Of a stretch of DNA of 64,000 nt, positions 1 through 9,983 are shown piece by piece. Where the stretch lies: assembly GCA_964202905.1 (NCBI GenBank), contig CAXNJO010000001.1:832001-896000 (forward strand). The letters are read 5' to 3'. The stretch comes from Polyangiales bacterium (lineage in GTDB: Bacteria > Myxococcota_A > Polyangia > Polyangiales > JADJQN01). The notes under the pieces are model-generated. The model saw only the letters and a list, made by a program, of their open reading frames with translations, was not told where the DNA came from and made no database searches. Numbering within the stretch: position 1 is the first letter of the stretch; every line of letters begins with the position of its first letter. The translations under genes and the position numbers were made by a program.

Positions 1-397
1 ACGCCGTCTGCGCGTTGCCGCAGCGGTCGGGCGTGCCCGTGCTCGCCGTCGTGTAGCCGCTCGCCGCGACGTCGCCGACGACGCACACGCCGATCGTGTC
101 GGGGAGCATGCACGGCGCCCCGAGCGCGAACGTGCCCGCGCGCCCGAGGAAGACGCGCATGCAGTCAGCGGCCGCACGCGCCTCCGTCCAGGTGCCGCGG
201 TATTCGCGGCAGTCGTCCGACGCGGAGAACGTGTTGCGGTACGCGCAGCTCGCGAGGAAGGGCCCGCTCATCGCGCCGTCCACGTCGGGCGGCCCCGCGT
301 CGGGCGCCGGCGGGGGCGGGGTCGCGTCGTCGTCGTCGCCGCACGCGGCGAGCAGGGAGAGGGCGGCGAGGAGCAGGGCAGGCGTGGCGCGGATCAT
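1..397 (-). CDS. Hypothetical Cys-containing lipoprotein, 3'-partial (runs off window start)
   Basis: Reverse-strand ATG at 397 gives MIRATPALLLAALSLLAACGDDDD (lipobox LAAC), then a DAG-rich linker and Cys-containing domain; no stop inside the window. Confidence 0.75.
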   Translation of the reverse strand, partial: MIRATPALLLAALSLLAACGDDDDATPPPPAPDAGPPDVDGAMSGPFLASCAYRNTFSASDDCREYRGTWTEARAAADCMRVFLGRAGTFALGAPCMLPDTIGVCVVGDVAASGYTTASTGTPDRCGNAQTA

Positions 398-492
398 GCG
401 CCGACGGACGTGGGGGCGATTCTGCCGCACGACCAGAGCGCCGCAGCGCGGGGCGCGGTCAGGGCGCGGCGCTCGGCCCCGAACGGCGCCGT

Positions 493-1560
493 TCAAGGGG
501 CCGAATCGCCCTCGTCCGCGGACTCACGCCGCACGTCGAGGCAGCCGATGCGCCGGAAGACGTAGGGGGTGTTGATGTCGTAGGCGCCGTCGTTGTTGAC
601 CGACTGGAACTCTTGACGCATCGCGTCAATCGTGCCGCTGAAGTGGTCGGGCGCGTAGTCGTGCGTGACGCCGAAGAGCTGCGGGCAGTGGTCGGCGACG
701 AGGCGGTGCGTGCGCGCGCCGAAGGTGATCGCCGTGCCCTCCACGCGGCCGTTTGCGACCATCGCGTGCGTGGTGTCGTACTGGCCCGGCGCGCAGGGCG
801 GCGGCGTGCGATCGGAGGGCGTGCCGTGCCAGATGCGCGAGCGGATCGTGCCCCTGACCGCGTCGCCCTCGCCGCGCTCGATGCGCAGCGTGAAGCGCAC
901 CCACTGCCCGCCGAGCGCGGGCGAATATTGCAGCGCGCGCCACAGCCCGGCGATCGGGTCGTCGCAGGTCGTCGCCGCGGGCAGCAGCGCGCGCTGGCCC
1001 TCGACGCTCGTCGGCAGCAGCCCGGCGCTGCCCAGGATGAGGCGCCGCACGTCCTCGCCCGCCGCCCGACCGCCGCTCGTCTGCGCGGCCCCGGTGCCCC
1101 CAGCGGCCGCCTCGGTCGCGCGCTCTGGCGGCGCGCCCGCGGGCGTCGGCGTGGCCGCGGCAGGTGCGCCCGTGGCGAGCGCGACGGGGCTCTCGGGCGC
1201 ACGCAGCGCCTCGCGCGGGGCGGCCGCGCGCGCCGGTGCGGCCTGCGCGGGTGCGGTCTGCGCGGGCTCGGTCCGCGCGGACTCGGGTCGCTCTGCCTCG
1301 GGTGGTTCGGTCTGCGCGGGCTCGGGCTCGGTCTGCGCGGGCAGGGGCGGCGTCGCGGGACCCGCGATCGTGATGTCCATCGTCACGCCGCCGGCGCCGT
1401 GCGTGCCGCCCTCGCCGCCCGCGCGCGGTGCGCCGCCGAAGGTGAGCGAGCCGAGCATCGTCGCGACGTGCACGCACAGCGAGGCGAGCAGCGCGACGAC
1501 GAACGCCGTGCGGAGCGGCTCACGGCGACGGCGGACGGGCTGCGCGGGGGCCTGCGACAC
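493..1560 (-). CDS. Hypothetical membrane-anchored protein (TonB-like N-terminal anchor, Pro/Ala-rich linker, C-terminal globular domain)
   Basis: N-terminal TM ending SLCVH, AQTEP-type repeats, globular C-terminus with paired Cys. Confidence 0.7.
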   Translation of the reverse strand: MSQAPAQPVRRRREPLRTAFVVALLASLCVHVATMLGSLTFGGAPRAGGEGGTHGAGGVTMDITIAGPATPPLPAQTEPEPAQTEPPEAERPESARTEPAQTAPAQAAPARAAAPREALRAPESPVALATGAPAAATPTPAGAPPERATEAAAGGTGAAQTSGGRAAGEDVRRLILGSAGLLPTSVEGQRALLPAATTCDDPIAGLWRALQYSPALGGQWVRFTLRIERGEGDAVRGTIRSRIWHGTPSDRTPPPCAPGQYDTTHAMVANGRVEGTAITFGARTHRLVADHCPQLFGVTHDYAPDHFSGTIDAMRQEFQSVNNDGAYDINTPYVFRRIGCLDVRRESADEGDSAP

Positions 1561-1565
1561 GCGGC

Positions 1566-2153
1566 TCAGTGTGCGTCGCGATCCGCGCCTTCGCCCGCGC
1601 CGCGCAATGCGCCCGATTCATGCAGCGTGCCCGCATCGCGTATCGACTCCGCACCGTCGAGCGCGCGCTGCACCTCCCGCGCGATCTCCGCCGACGCCGC
1701 GAGCGCCGCGTCCCGCGAGGCCAGGATGGTCGTCACCGTGCGCCCCACGATCGGATGCGACGAGCGCAGCCGCAGCCGCAGCGCGCCTGCATATCGCGAA
1801 GGCAGCCCGAGCGCCGTCACCCCCACGCGCGCGCCCTCGATCTCGCGCCACGCGACGTGCACCGACTTCCCGAAGAGCGTCCGCACGCGCACTCCGTCCG
1901 CCTCGACGAACACCGGCCCCTCATGCCGCTGCTGCGCGCGCACCGCGAGCAACACGAGCGCCGACACGAGCGCGAGGGCCCACGGTAGCCACTCGCCTTG
2001 CCCACGGCCGCGCGTCGCGACGTAGAGCGAGAGCGCGCCCGTGAGCGCGAGCGGCACCGTCGACGCAAGCGCGATGAGCCGACTCTGCGAGAGCAGCCGC
2101 GCGTCGCTGAGCTCGCGCCCCGCAGGGCGCTCGTTGCGCGGGATGGACGCCAC
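1566..2153 (-). CDS. Hypothetical 2-TM protein with bacterial PH-like C-terminal domain
   Basis: Two hydrophobic helices followed by DGVRVRTLFGKSVHVAWREI, a bPH-like pattern; start uncertain (GTG 2153; ORF extends to 2222). Confidence 0.55.
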   Translation of the reverse strand: MASIPRNERPAGRELSDARLLSQSRLIALASTVPLALTGALSLYVATRGRGQGEWLPWALALVSALVLLAVRAQQRHEGPVFVEADGVRVRTLFGKSVHVAWREIEGARVGVTALGLPSRYAGALRLRLRSSHPIVGRTVTTILASRDAALAASAEIAREVQRALDGAESIRDAGTLHESGALRGAGEGADRDAH

Positions 2154-2269
2154 GCGCGCGAGCCTTGCGCGCGCCCGCCCGCACCGCAAACCCGCGCGCG
2201 ACGCCCCGCGGTTGAGGCGCACGGCGCCTGTGATAAGAAGCCGCGCCTCTCATCAAGGAGCCAGTGCGC

Positions 2270-2785
2270 ATGACGAATCCGACCGCGACCTTCGAGACCA
2301 GCCTCGGCGATTTCACCGTCGAGCTCTATCTCGACAAGATGCCGATCACCGCGAAGAACTTCCTCGACCTCGCGAAGAGCGGCTTCTACGACGGCCTGCA
2401 CTTTCACCGCGTGATCCAAGGCTTCATGCTCCAGTTCGGTTGCCCCTACTCGAAGGACCCGAACAGCGGCCGCGCGGGCACCGGCGGCCCGCCGCACGGC
2501 ACCATCGCGGACGAGCACCCGGCCGAGCACAAACTCAGCAACAAGCCCATGACGCTCTCGATGGCGAACACCGGCCGCCCGAACAGCGGCGGCTCGCAGT
2601 TCTTCATCAACACCGTCGACAACGCGCGCCTCGACTGGTTCTCCCCCGGCCCCTCGCGCCACCCCGTCTTCGGCAGCGTCACCTCGGGCGAGGACGTCGT
2701 CCGCAAGATCGAGACGGCCCCGACGCGCAGCGACCGCCCCGTCACGCCAATCCAGGTCAAGCGCATCGTCGTCACCGGCTACTGA
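2270..2785 (+). CDS. ppiA: Cyclophilin-type peptidyl-prolyl cis-trans isomerase
   Basis: [34 protein letters not shown] and HPVFG motifs; AAGGAG RBS upstream. Confidence 0.95.
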   Translation: MTNPTATFETSLGDFTVELYLDKMPITAKNFLDLAKSGFYDGLHFHRVIQGFMLQFGCPYSKDPNSGRAGTGGPPHGTIADEHPAEHKLSNKPMTLSMANTGRPNSGGSQFFINTVDNARLDWFSPGPSRHPVFGSVTSGEDVVRKIETAPTRSDRPVTPIQVKRIVVTGY

Positions 2786-2884
2786 GTCCGCGCATCGCGG
2801 GCGCGCGCGGCGATTCACGTCGCCCCTGCGCGTGCCCGCGGTCGCCGTCGTCGTGGTGCACACCGTGGGCGGCTGAGCCGCGAT

Positions 2885-3643
2885 TCAGCCCGCGTCGTCG
2901 TGCGTCCCGTCGCCGGGCGCGCCCTCGTCGCGCATCGCGTCCCCGCGCGTCGTGACCCCTTCGCCGAGCATCGCGAGCGTCAGCGTGCGTGCCTTTCGTG
3001 CGCGCCGGGCGCCGAGCTCGACGCCCACCGCGTCGAGGCCCAGCGCGTTGGCGACGGCGAGCACGGTGCCGTGTCCGCAGAACGGGTCGACGATCACGCG
3101 CGTCGGCGTGAGGCGCAGCACCGCGTCGCAGGCGGCGCGGCACGCAGCGACGCCCATGCCGCGCGTCCACGTCGTCGCGCCCGCGTCGGGAATCACATCG
3201 GCCATCGCCTCCCTGCGCGCGCGCTCGCGAAGCTCGTGCGCATCGCGATGCGCCCACGCGACGAGGTGCGAATACGCGGCGCGCCCGCGCGTCACTTCGC
3301 CCGGGGCCGCGCGCAGCACGATGCGGTGGAAGACGAGCCCCGCGCCCGCGCGCTCGGCGGCCCGCGCGACGAGCTGCGCCTTGTCGACCCAGCGCCCCTC
3401 GGCCTTCGTGTCCGTCTGGTAGAAGACGGCGAGTCCGTCGCCGGGCACGCCCGCGAGCACGCGCGCCGCGGCCTCGACGAACCACGACTCCCACGCCCCG
3501 CGCGTGAGTTCGGGGAGCTCCGAGGCGTCCGGCAGCGAGGTGATCACCGAGCAGCCCGCGAGCACCCCGCGCGCCGCGAGCCACGCGAGCGCGTCCTCTT
3601 GATGTACGACGCGCGTCGGGGTGCGCGGCTCCGCTTCGGCCAT
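2885..3643 (-). CDS. SAM-dependent methyltransferase, N6/N4 DNA-methylase-like fold
   Basis: DAL...SVITSLPD near the N-terminus; C-terminal VDPFCGHGT and GVEL SAM-binding motifs. Confidence 0.75.
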   Translation of the reverse strand: MAEAEPRTPTRVVHQEDALAWLAARGVLAGCSVITSLPDASELPELTRGAWESWFVEAAARVLAGVPGDGLAVFYQTDTKAEGRWVDKAQLVARAAERAGAGLVFHRIVLRAAPGEVTRGRAAYSHLVAWAHRDAHELRERARREAMADVIPDAGATTWTRGMGVAACRAACDAVLRLTPTRVIVDPFCGHGTVLAVANALGLDAVGVELGARRARKARTLTLAMLGEGVTTRGDAMRDEGAPGDGTHDDAG

Positions 3644-3678
3644 GCGCGAGGGTAGCGCGCGCTCCCTGCGCCGCATCC

Positions 3679-3716
3679 TTGACCGATGTCGCATCACTGT
3701 CATATGACACTGTCGC
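3679..3716 (+). promoter_or_regulatory. Putative promoter/operator of the MerR-VIT operon
   Basis: TTGACC at 3679-3684, perfect palindrome TGTCATATGACA at 3698-3709, TGTCGCAT direct repeats at 3687 and 3711. Confidence 0.5.
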
Positions 3717-4373
3717 ATGACGGCGACCGACCGGCTCTGGACGCTCCCCGCGCTCGCGCACGAGCTCGCCGCCGTGCTCGCGCGGGGCGGCGTCGTCCCG
3801 GCCGATGGGCGAGCGCGCGAGCTGCCGGATGCGCGCACGATCCGCTACTACACGACGCTCGGCCTGCTCGATCGCCCCGCCGAGCTGCGCGGCCGCACCG
3901 CGTACTACGGCCGCAGGCACCTCGCGCAGCTCGTCGCGATCAAGCGCCTGCAGGCCGAGGGCCTCACGCTCGCCGAGGTGCAGGAGCGCCTCCTCGGCCT
4001 CACGCCGCGGCGCCTCTTCGCGCTCGCCGATCTGCCTGCGCCGGGTGCGCCCGCGCCGCTCGCCTCGCCCGCGCCGCCCGCGTCGCCCGTGAAGAAGCCC
4101 GCGCGCCGCTTCTGGGAGCAGCCGCCCGCCCCGCGCTCGGTGCCGCCTGCCGCGCCCGCACCGGTGGTCTCGCCCGCTGCGCTCAGTGTCGGTGTCGCGC
4201 TCGGCGAGGGCGTGCAGCTGATCTTCGCGCCCGCGCGTCCGCTCCGCGCCGCCGACCTCAGCGCGCTCCACGCCGCCGCCGCACCGCTCCTCGCCGCGCT
4301 CGCCGCGCGCGGCCTGCTCACGCCGGATTCGCTCGCCGCATCGCTCGCCACTTCGGACGAAGGAGACCACTGA
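3717..4373 (+). CDS. MerR-family HTH transcriptional regulator
   Basis: RTIRYYTTLGLLDRP...YGRRHLAQLVAIKRLQAEGLTLAEV. Confidence 0.9.
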   Translation: MTATDRLWTLPALAHELAAVLARGGVVPADGRARELPDARTIRYYTTLGLLDRPAELRGRTAYYGRRHLAQLVAIKRLQAEGLTLAEVQERLLGLTPRRLFALADLPAPGAPAPLASPAPPASPVKKPARRFWEQPPAPRSVPPAAPAPVVSPAALSVGVALGEGVQLIFAPARPLRAADLSALHAAAAPLLAALAARGLLTPDSLAASLATSDEGDH

Positions 4374-6361
4374 TGACCGCTGCCGCCCGTCCGCTCCCGT
4401 TGATGCCCGAGGTCGCCGTCTCCCCCGCGCACGACGACGCCGGCTTCGGCGCGCTCCGCACCGCGCGCGGCCTGCTGCCGCTCCGCGCGATGGACGTCGA
4501 GGCGCGCGTCGCCGGGCTCGTCGCGCACGTCGCGCTCGCGCAGACCTTCGTCAACGTCCACGCCGAGCCGATCGAGGCGACGTACATCTTCCCGCTGCCC
4601 GAGCGCGCGGCGGTCACGCAGTTCCGCTTCGAGGTCGCGGGGCGCGTCGTCGTCGGTGCGCTGCGCGAGCGCGGCGAGGCGCGCGAGGCGTACGACGCGG
4701 CGATCGCCGCGGGCCAGCGCGCGGCCATCACCGAAGAAGAGCGCGCGGGCGTCTTCACGATCCGCGTCGGCAATCTGCTGCCCGGCGAGGCGGCGACGGT
4801 GCGCCTCACGATGGTCGGCCCGCTCGGTTGGGACGGCGACGAGGCGACCTTCCGTTTCCCGCTCGTCGTCGCGCCGCGCTACGTCCCGGGAATCCCACTC
4901 TCCGAAACCCCCTCTGGAGACGGGATATCGCCCGATACCGACGCTGCGCCCGACGCGAGCCGCATCTCACCACCGGTGCTGTTGCCGGGATTCCCCAATC
5001 CCGTGCGCCTCTCGCTCACCGTGCACGTCGCGGGGGACGCGGCCGTGCTCGCGGGGCTGCGCGCCTCGCTCCACACCGTCGCGAGCGAGCCGCGCGAGGG
5101 TGCGTGTGTCGTGCGGCTGCTCCCCGGTGAGCGCCTCGATCGCGACTTCATCCTGCGCTTTCCGCTCGCGGGGGAGGGCGTCGCGCCGTCGCTCGTGCTC
5201 GCGCCCGACAGCGAGGGCGACGAGGGCACCTACCTGCTCACGCTCGTGCCGCCGCGCGGTGCACGGGCCGCCGAGCGCGCGCGCGATGTCGTCTTCGTCG
5301 TCGATCGCTCGGGCAGCATGGGCGGCTGGAAGATGGTCGGTGCGCGCCGCGCCGTCGCGCGCATGGTCGATACCCTCGACGCGCGCGATCGCTTCGCGCT
5401 CTTCGCCTTCGACGACGCGATCGCGACGCCGCCGGGACTTCCCGCGGACGCCTTCGCCGCGGCCGACGACCGCGCGCGCTTCCGCGCCGTCGAGTACCTC
5501 GCGGGCCTCGGGGCGCATGGCGGCACCGAGCTGCTCGCGCCGCTCGAGCGTGCGGCTGCGCTCTTCGGCCCGGAGGACGCGACGCGTGAGCGCATCCTCG
5601 TGCTCGCGACCGATGCGCAGATCGCCAACGAAGATCAGGTGATCCACGCGCTCGCCCGGCGGCTGCGCGGCGTGCGCGTCGTCGCGCTCGGCATCGACAC
5701 GGCGGTGAACGCGGGCTTCCTCGAGCGGCTCGCGCAGGGCACGCGCGGGATGTGGGCGCTCGTCGAGTCCGCGAAGCGCCTCGACGCCGCGATGGACCGC
5801 GTGCGTCGCCTGATCGCGCCGCCCGTGCTGCGCGACGTCGCGCTCGCCGCGGAGCCGGGCCTCGCGCTCGTGCCCGACACGCGGGCCCCCGCGCGCGCGC
5901 CCGACCTCGTCGCGGGCGCGCCGCTCGTCGTGAGCGGCCGCTATCTCCGCAACGCCTCGGCCCCCGATCTCGCGCTCACCATCACGGCCCACGACGCCGC
6001 CGGCGAACCCTGGCAGACGCGCGTCGTCGCCCGCACCGCGCAGGGCGAAGAGTCCGCCGCGATCGGCGCGACGTGGGCGCGCGCGCAGGTCCGCACGCTC
6101 GAAGATCGCCATGCGATCCAGCGCGACGGCACGCTGCCCGCGCGCATCGTCGCAACCTCCTTGCGGTATGGCGTGCTCTCGCGCTTCACGGCCTTCGTCG
6201 CGATCGACGAGCGCGTCGTCACCGAGGGCGGCGCGCCCGCGCGCATCGTGCAGCCCGTCGAGCAGCCGCAGGGCTGGGACGGCGTCGCCGACGACGCGGC
6301 CGGGCACCCCTTCTTGATGGATGCGCTGAGCCTCCTCGATCCCTGCGCATTTTCGCCTTGA
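4373..6361 (+). CDS. VIT (vault/inter-alpha-trypsin) + vWA domain protein; C-terminus probably continues in another frame to 6885
   Basis: QTFVN..EPIEATYIFPLP VIT motif; DRSGSMGG MIDAS, GGTE, TDAQ; SRFTAFVAID; TGATG overlap with merR. Confidence 0.88.
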   Translation: MTAAARPLPLMPEVAVSPAHDDAGFGALRTARGLLPLRAMDVEARVAGLVAHVALAQTFVNVHAEPIEATYIFPLPERAAVTQFRFEVAGRVVVGALRERGEAREAYDAAIAAGQRAAITEEERAGVFTIRVGNLLPGEAATVRLTMVGPLGWDGDEATFRFPLVVAPRYVPGIPLSETPSGDGISPDTDAAPDASRISPPVLLPGFPNPVRLSLTVHVAGDAAVLAGLRASLHTVASEPREGACVVRLLPGERLDRDFILRFPLAGEGVAPSLVLAPDSEGDEGTYLLTLVPPRGARAAERARDVVFVVDRSGSMGGWKMVGARRAVARMVDTLDARDRFALFAFDDAIATPPGLPADAFAAADDRARFRAVEYLAGLGAHGGTELLAPLERAAALFGPEDATRERILVLATDAQIANEDQVIHALARRLRGVRVVALGIDTAVNAGFLERLAQGTRGMWALVESAKRLDAAMDRVRRLIAPPVLRDVALAAEPGLALVPDTRAPARAPDLVAGAPLVVSGRYLRNASAPDLALTITAHDAAGEPWQTRVVARTAQGEESAAIGATWARAQVRTLEDRHAIQRDGTLPARIVATSLRYGVLSRFTAFVAIDERVVTEGGAPARIVQPVEQPQGWDGVADDAAGHPFLMDALSLLDPCAFSP

Positions 6362-6417
6362 CTGAGTTCTCCGGAGCTCGCCCCCGACGCGGCCAGCGCG
6401 GGGCTGCACGCCGCAGC

Positions 6418-6885
6418 ATGGCGAGCGGCGGCGCGCCTCCGCCCGCCGCGCCAAGGCCACCGCGCTCCGAGGGCACGCCCATCCCGTGGTCTCCGGCTCC
6501 GTCGCCTGCGCGCGCGAAGGGCTCTTCGTCGGGCGCGCCCGCCACGCCCGCCGGCCCCCTCGACGAACGCATCGCCGACCTCGTCACGCGCCTCGACGCG
6601 CTCGATTCGTCCTCCTCGATGCTCGACACGCTCAGCGCCCTCGTCACGGGCCGCGACCTCTGCGCCGAGCTCCTCGCGGGCAGTCCCGACACCGCGCAGC
6701 GCACCACGCTCACCGCGCTCCGCGATGACCTCGTGACCTTCCTCGCCTCACCCGCCGGCGCGCTGACCCCCGCCGACGTCGCCGCGCAGCTCGCCGCCCT
6801 GCGCACACGCCTCCTCGACGCGCTTCGCCCCCTGCTCCCCGCGCCCGCGCCCCCCTTCTGGAAGCGCCTTCCGTTCGGGGGCTGA
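6418..6885 (+). CDS. Probable frameshifted C-terminal helical part of the VIT-vWA protein (or separate hypothetical protein)
   Basis: Pro-rich linker, then amphipathic helices ending PFWKRLPFGG; no RBS. Confidence 0.5.
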   Translation: MASGGAPPPAAPRPPRSEGTPIPWSPAPSPARAKGSSSGAPATPAGPLDERIADLVTRLDALDSSSSMLDTLSALVTGRDLCAELLAGSPDTAQRTTLTALRDDLVTFLASPAGALTPADVAAQLAALRTRLLDALRPLLPAPAPPFWKRLPFGG

Positions 6886-6964
6886 TGCGCGTGGCGCGCC
6901 CCCCGCCTTGGCCCGCAAAACAGAAGCCCACCCCGCACCGACTCGTGTAGCGTGTGACGTTGAG

Positions 6965-9592
6965 GTGACGCGCGTGCAACGGACGAAGTCGGTGCGGGGC
7001 TGGCGGGGGCTCGTGGTCGGTGGGGCGTGCGTGGTCGCGGGCTGTGGCCCGGGCGACACGCCGCCTGCGATGGATGCGGGGGCCGATGCGGGGTCGGCGT
7101 GCGAGGCGCCTGCGGCTCTCCCGATCGGCAACGTCGAGGGGCATCCGAGTCCGCTCGGGGCGGCTTCCGGCGAGGCGCGCGCGGGGCGTGTGACGGCCGC
7201 GGATCTGCCGCCGGATCCGGCCGATCTCGCGCGCTGGACGGACGGCGACTACGTCGTCGCGAACGATCGCGTCGCGCTCGTCATCTCGCAGCCGGGGCGC
7301 TTCGATCGCTACGATCCGCACGCCGGGCGCGTGCGCGGGATCGCGCGCATCGCGGACGGGCGGCTCGTCGAGCCGGCGGACTTCAGCATCGCGCTGCTCG
7401 GGCTCGGGCGCTTCGTCGTCGCGACGGAGTCGGTGACGGTGCTCGCGGACGGCAGCGCGGGCGGCCCCGCCGTCGTGCGCGCGGCCGGCAACCTCGTGCC
7501 GATCGAGGCCGTCGGCGATGTGCTCTCGGCGCTGCTGCCCGGGCGTCTCACGGGCTTCCCCGCCGCGCTCGATTACACGCTCTCGCCCGACTCCGATCGC
7601 GTCGAAGTCAGCGTGACGGTGCGCGCCGGGGCGAGCGGCGCGGGTGTGCGCGGGACCACCGCTGCATTTCTGCAGGCCTATCGAATGCCACCGTGGTCGG
7701 TCGAAGGTGGGTTTGGCCCGGTCACCGGAGCACCTCGCTACGTCGCCTACGAAGACCCGGAATCGACGAGCTACGCATGGCTCGCCGCGCCCGCGGCCGA
7801 TGGCACGCCGGGCACGCTGCGCCCGCTGCTCTCGACGAGCGGCTTCGACTTCTTCACCGGCGAGGCTGAGGGGGTCCCCGCGTGCGACGAGCGACGGTAT
7901 GTGCTCGGCAGCTTCGTGATCGGCGCGGACCGCGGGCTCCCCGGCGTGCAGCGCGCGCTCGCCCGTGAGCTCGGCGAGACGCTGCGCACGGTGCGCGGCA
8001 CGCTCGTCGGTGCCGACGCCGACGCGCTCACGGGCGCCCGCATCCACCTCACCAACGCCGACGGAACACGGCATGTCACGCGCGCGCTGCTCGACGCGAG
8101 CGGCAGCTTCACGCTCGAGGCGCCCCCCGAGGCGACGCAGGCGTGGCTGTGGCGCGAGGGCGCGCCGCTCGAAGGGCCGTTTGCGATTGGCAGCGATGGC
8201 GCGGTGTCGATCACGCCGGCGGCGCTCTCGACGGTGCGCGTCACCGTGCGGGACGCCGGGGGCACGACGCCGCTCCCCGCGCGGGTCGCGCTCTTCCCCG
8301 TCATGGGCAGCCCGCCCGAGGCGCCCGAGAACTTCGGTGAAGTCGTCGCGGGCCGCGGCCGCGCGCGCCTCGCCTTCGTCGGTGCGACGGGCGATACCGC
8401 TTTGCGCGTCGCGCCGGGCAACTACCGACTCGTCGTCTCGCGCGGCTGGGAATACGAGCCGCTCGACCAGACGATCACCCTCGCTCCCGGTGAGCGCGCG
8501 AATGTGCCGGCCAATCTCACACGCGCGTTCGAGACGCCGAACACGATGTGCGCCGACTATCACATCCACACGCATCGATCGGTCGACAGCGCGGACAGCG
8601 GCGCCGACAAGGTCGCAGCGCTCGTCGCGGACGGGCTCGAGATCGCCATTCGCTCCGAGCACGAGTTCGTGAGTGATTTCCAACCGCTCATCGATACGCT
8701 CGGTCTCGCCGACTACGCGCGTGGGCTCGGTGGCGAGGAGCTCACCACCTTCACCTATGGGCATTTCGGCGTGTTTCCGCTCGAGCCGGACGCGTCGCGC
8801 CCCGGGGGCGGCGCGGTGCCGTGGTTCGGGCGCAACGCCCCCGAGGTGTTCGCCGAAGTGCGCGCGCGGGCGGAATCACCCCTGCTCATCATCAACCACC
8901 CTCGCGCGGGCGGGCTCAAACAGGGTTATTTCACCGAGACGGGCTACAACCCCGCGACCGGCACGGTGACGCACCCGGAGAACTGGGACGAGCGCATCGA
9001 CGTGCTCGAGGCCCTCAACGCGAGCGATTTCGAGAGCAACCGCGAGGGCACGATTCGCGACTGGTTCTCGCTGCTCGCCTCGGGCCGCCGCGTGATGATC
9101 GTCGGATCCTCGGACAGCCACCGCACGACGGGTGATCCCGTCGGTTATCCGCGCACCTGCCTCGCGCTCGGCACCGACGACCCGCGCACCGTCACGCCCG
9201 CGCAGGTCCGCGACGCGACGCGCGCCGGCGCCTCCTTCGTCACGGGCGGCATCTTCCTCGAGGTGAGCGGCCCGATGGCCATCGGCCCTGGCGGCGAGGC
9301 CACCGGCGTCGGCCCCCGCGCCTCCCTCGACGTCGTCGTGCGCGCCCCCTCCTTCATCGACGTCAACCGCCTCGAGGTCCTCGTCGACGGCCTGACGACC
9401 GAGACCATCCCCATCACCGCCGCCGATGCCGATCCGCTCGACGGCACCATCCGCCTCCGCGCGACGCTCGAAGTGGACGTCGCCGCCATGGGCTCCTTCG
9501 TCATCCTCCACGCCGCCGGCGACGAGGCCCCCGATCTCGCGTATGGCGACCGCCCGTTCGCGGTGACGAATCCGCTGTTCTTGCGGCGATGA
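6965..9592 (+). CDS. CehA/McbA-family (PHP-fold) metallohydrolase lipoprotein with Ig-like/carboxypeptidase-regulatory domains
   Basis: Lipobox VAGC; ADYHIHTHRSVDS, SEHEF, GHFGVFP, INHPR, SSDSH, C-terminal TNPLF; start uncertain (6908-6974). Confidence 0.85.
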   Translation: MTRVQRTKSVRGWRGLVVGGACVVAGCGPGDTPPAMDAGADAGSACEAPAALPIGNVEGHPSPLGAASGEARAGRVTAADLPPDPADLARWTDGDYVVANDRVALVISQPGRFDRYDPHAGRVRGIARIADGRLVEPADFSIALLGLGRFVVATESVTVLADGSAGGPAVVRAAGNLVPIEAVGDVLSALLPGRLTGFPAALDYTLSPDSDRVEVSVTVRAGASGAGVRGTTAAFLQAYRMPPWSVEGGFGPVTGAPRYVAYEDPESTSYAWLAAPAADGTPGTLRPLLSTSGFDFFTGEAEGVPACDERRYVLGSFVIGADRGLPGVQRALARELGETLRTVRGTLVGADADALTGARIHLTNADGTRHVTRALLDASGSFTLEAPPEATQAWLWREGAPLEGPFAIGSDGAVSITPAALSTVRVTVRDAGGTTPLPARVALFPVMGSPPEAPENFGEVVAGRGRARLAFVGATGDTALRVAPGNYRLVVSRGWEYEPLDQTITLAPGERANVPANLTRAFETPNTMCADYHIHTHRSVDSADSGADKVAALVADGLEIAIRSEHEFVSDFQPLIDTLGLADYARGLGGEELTTFTYGHFGVFPLEPDASRPGGGAVPWFGRNAPEVFAEVRARAESPLLIINHPRAGGLKQGYFTETGYNPATGTVTHPENWDERIDVLEALNASDFESNREGTIRDWFSLLASGRRVMIVGSSDSHRTTGDPVGYPRTCLALGTDDPRTVTPAQVRDATRAGASFVTGGIFLEVSGPMAIGPGGEATGVGPRASLDVVVRAPSFIDVNRLEVLVDGLTTETIPITAADADPLDGTIRLRATLEVDVAAMGSFVILHAAGDEAPDLAYGDRPFAVTNPLFLRR

Positions 9593-9749
9593 AGGGTGTT
9601 CGCCCCCTGACCATCGCTGAGAGAGACAGGGACAGAGGTGGATTCCGGCGTTCATCCCTCCGTTGGCGTCCAGTACAAGAGTTCCTGAACGACGAAGCGC
9701 CAGACTCGTGGAGTCCGGCGCTCGTCGATCCTCAGGAATTCTGAATGGC

Positions 9750-9983
9750 TCAGGAGGCGGGGCTGCGGCTCACCCAGACACCAGCCGCCATCATCGCGAG
9801 ACCGATCACGATGACGTCGAGGGGCGTGAGGAAGTGCAGATGCGCCTCACGAACCTGCAGGACTACGCCCGCCACGGTCGCAGCGAGACCGAACCATCCA
9901 AGCGTGCGGGAGACCAGACGATGTGCGCCAGAGGCTTGTTCCTCGAGCGTCTCCCTGCCCTCCGAGGCGTTCATCGTGGTCAT
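9750..9983 (-). CDS. Small 2-TM hypothetical protein (77 aa) translationally coupled to the rhodopsin
   Basis: ATGA start/stop overlap with rhodopsin; two hydrophobic segments (LGWFGLAATVAGVVL; VIVIGLAMMAAGVWV). Confidence 0.6.
   Translation of the reverse strand: MTTMNASEGRETLEEQASGAHRLVSRTLGWFGLAATVAGVVLQVREAHLHFLTPLDVIVIGLAMMAAGVWVSRSPAS

Noticed and set aside
9600..9749. Short minus-strand reading frame (..VWRFVVQELLYWTPTEG*) downstream of the 77-aa ORF
   Set aside because: No convincing start or RBS, and no recognisable homology
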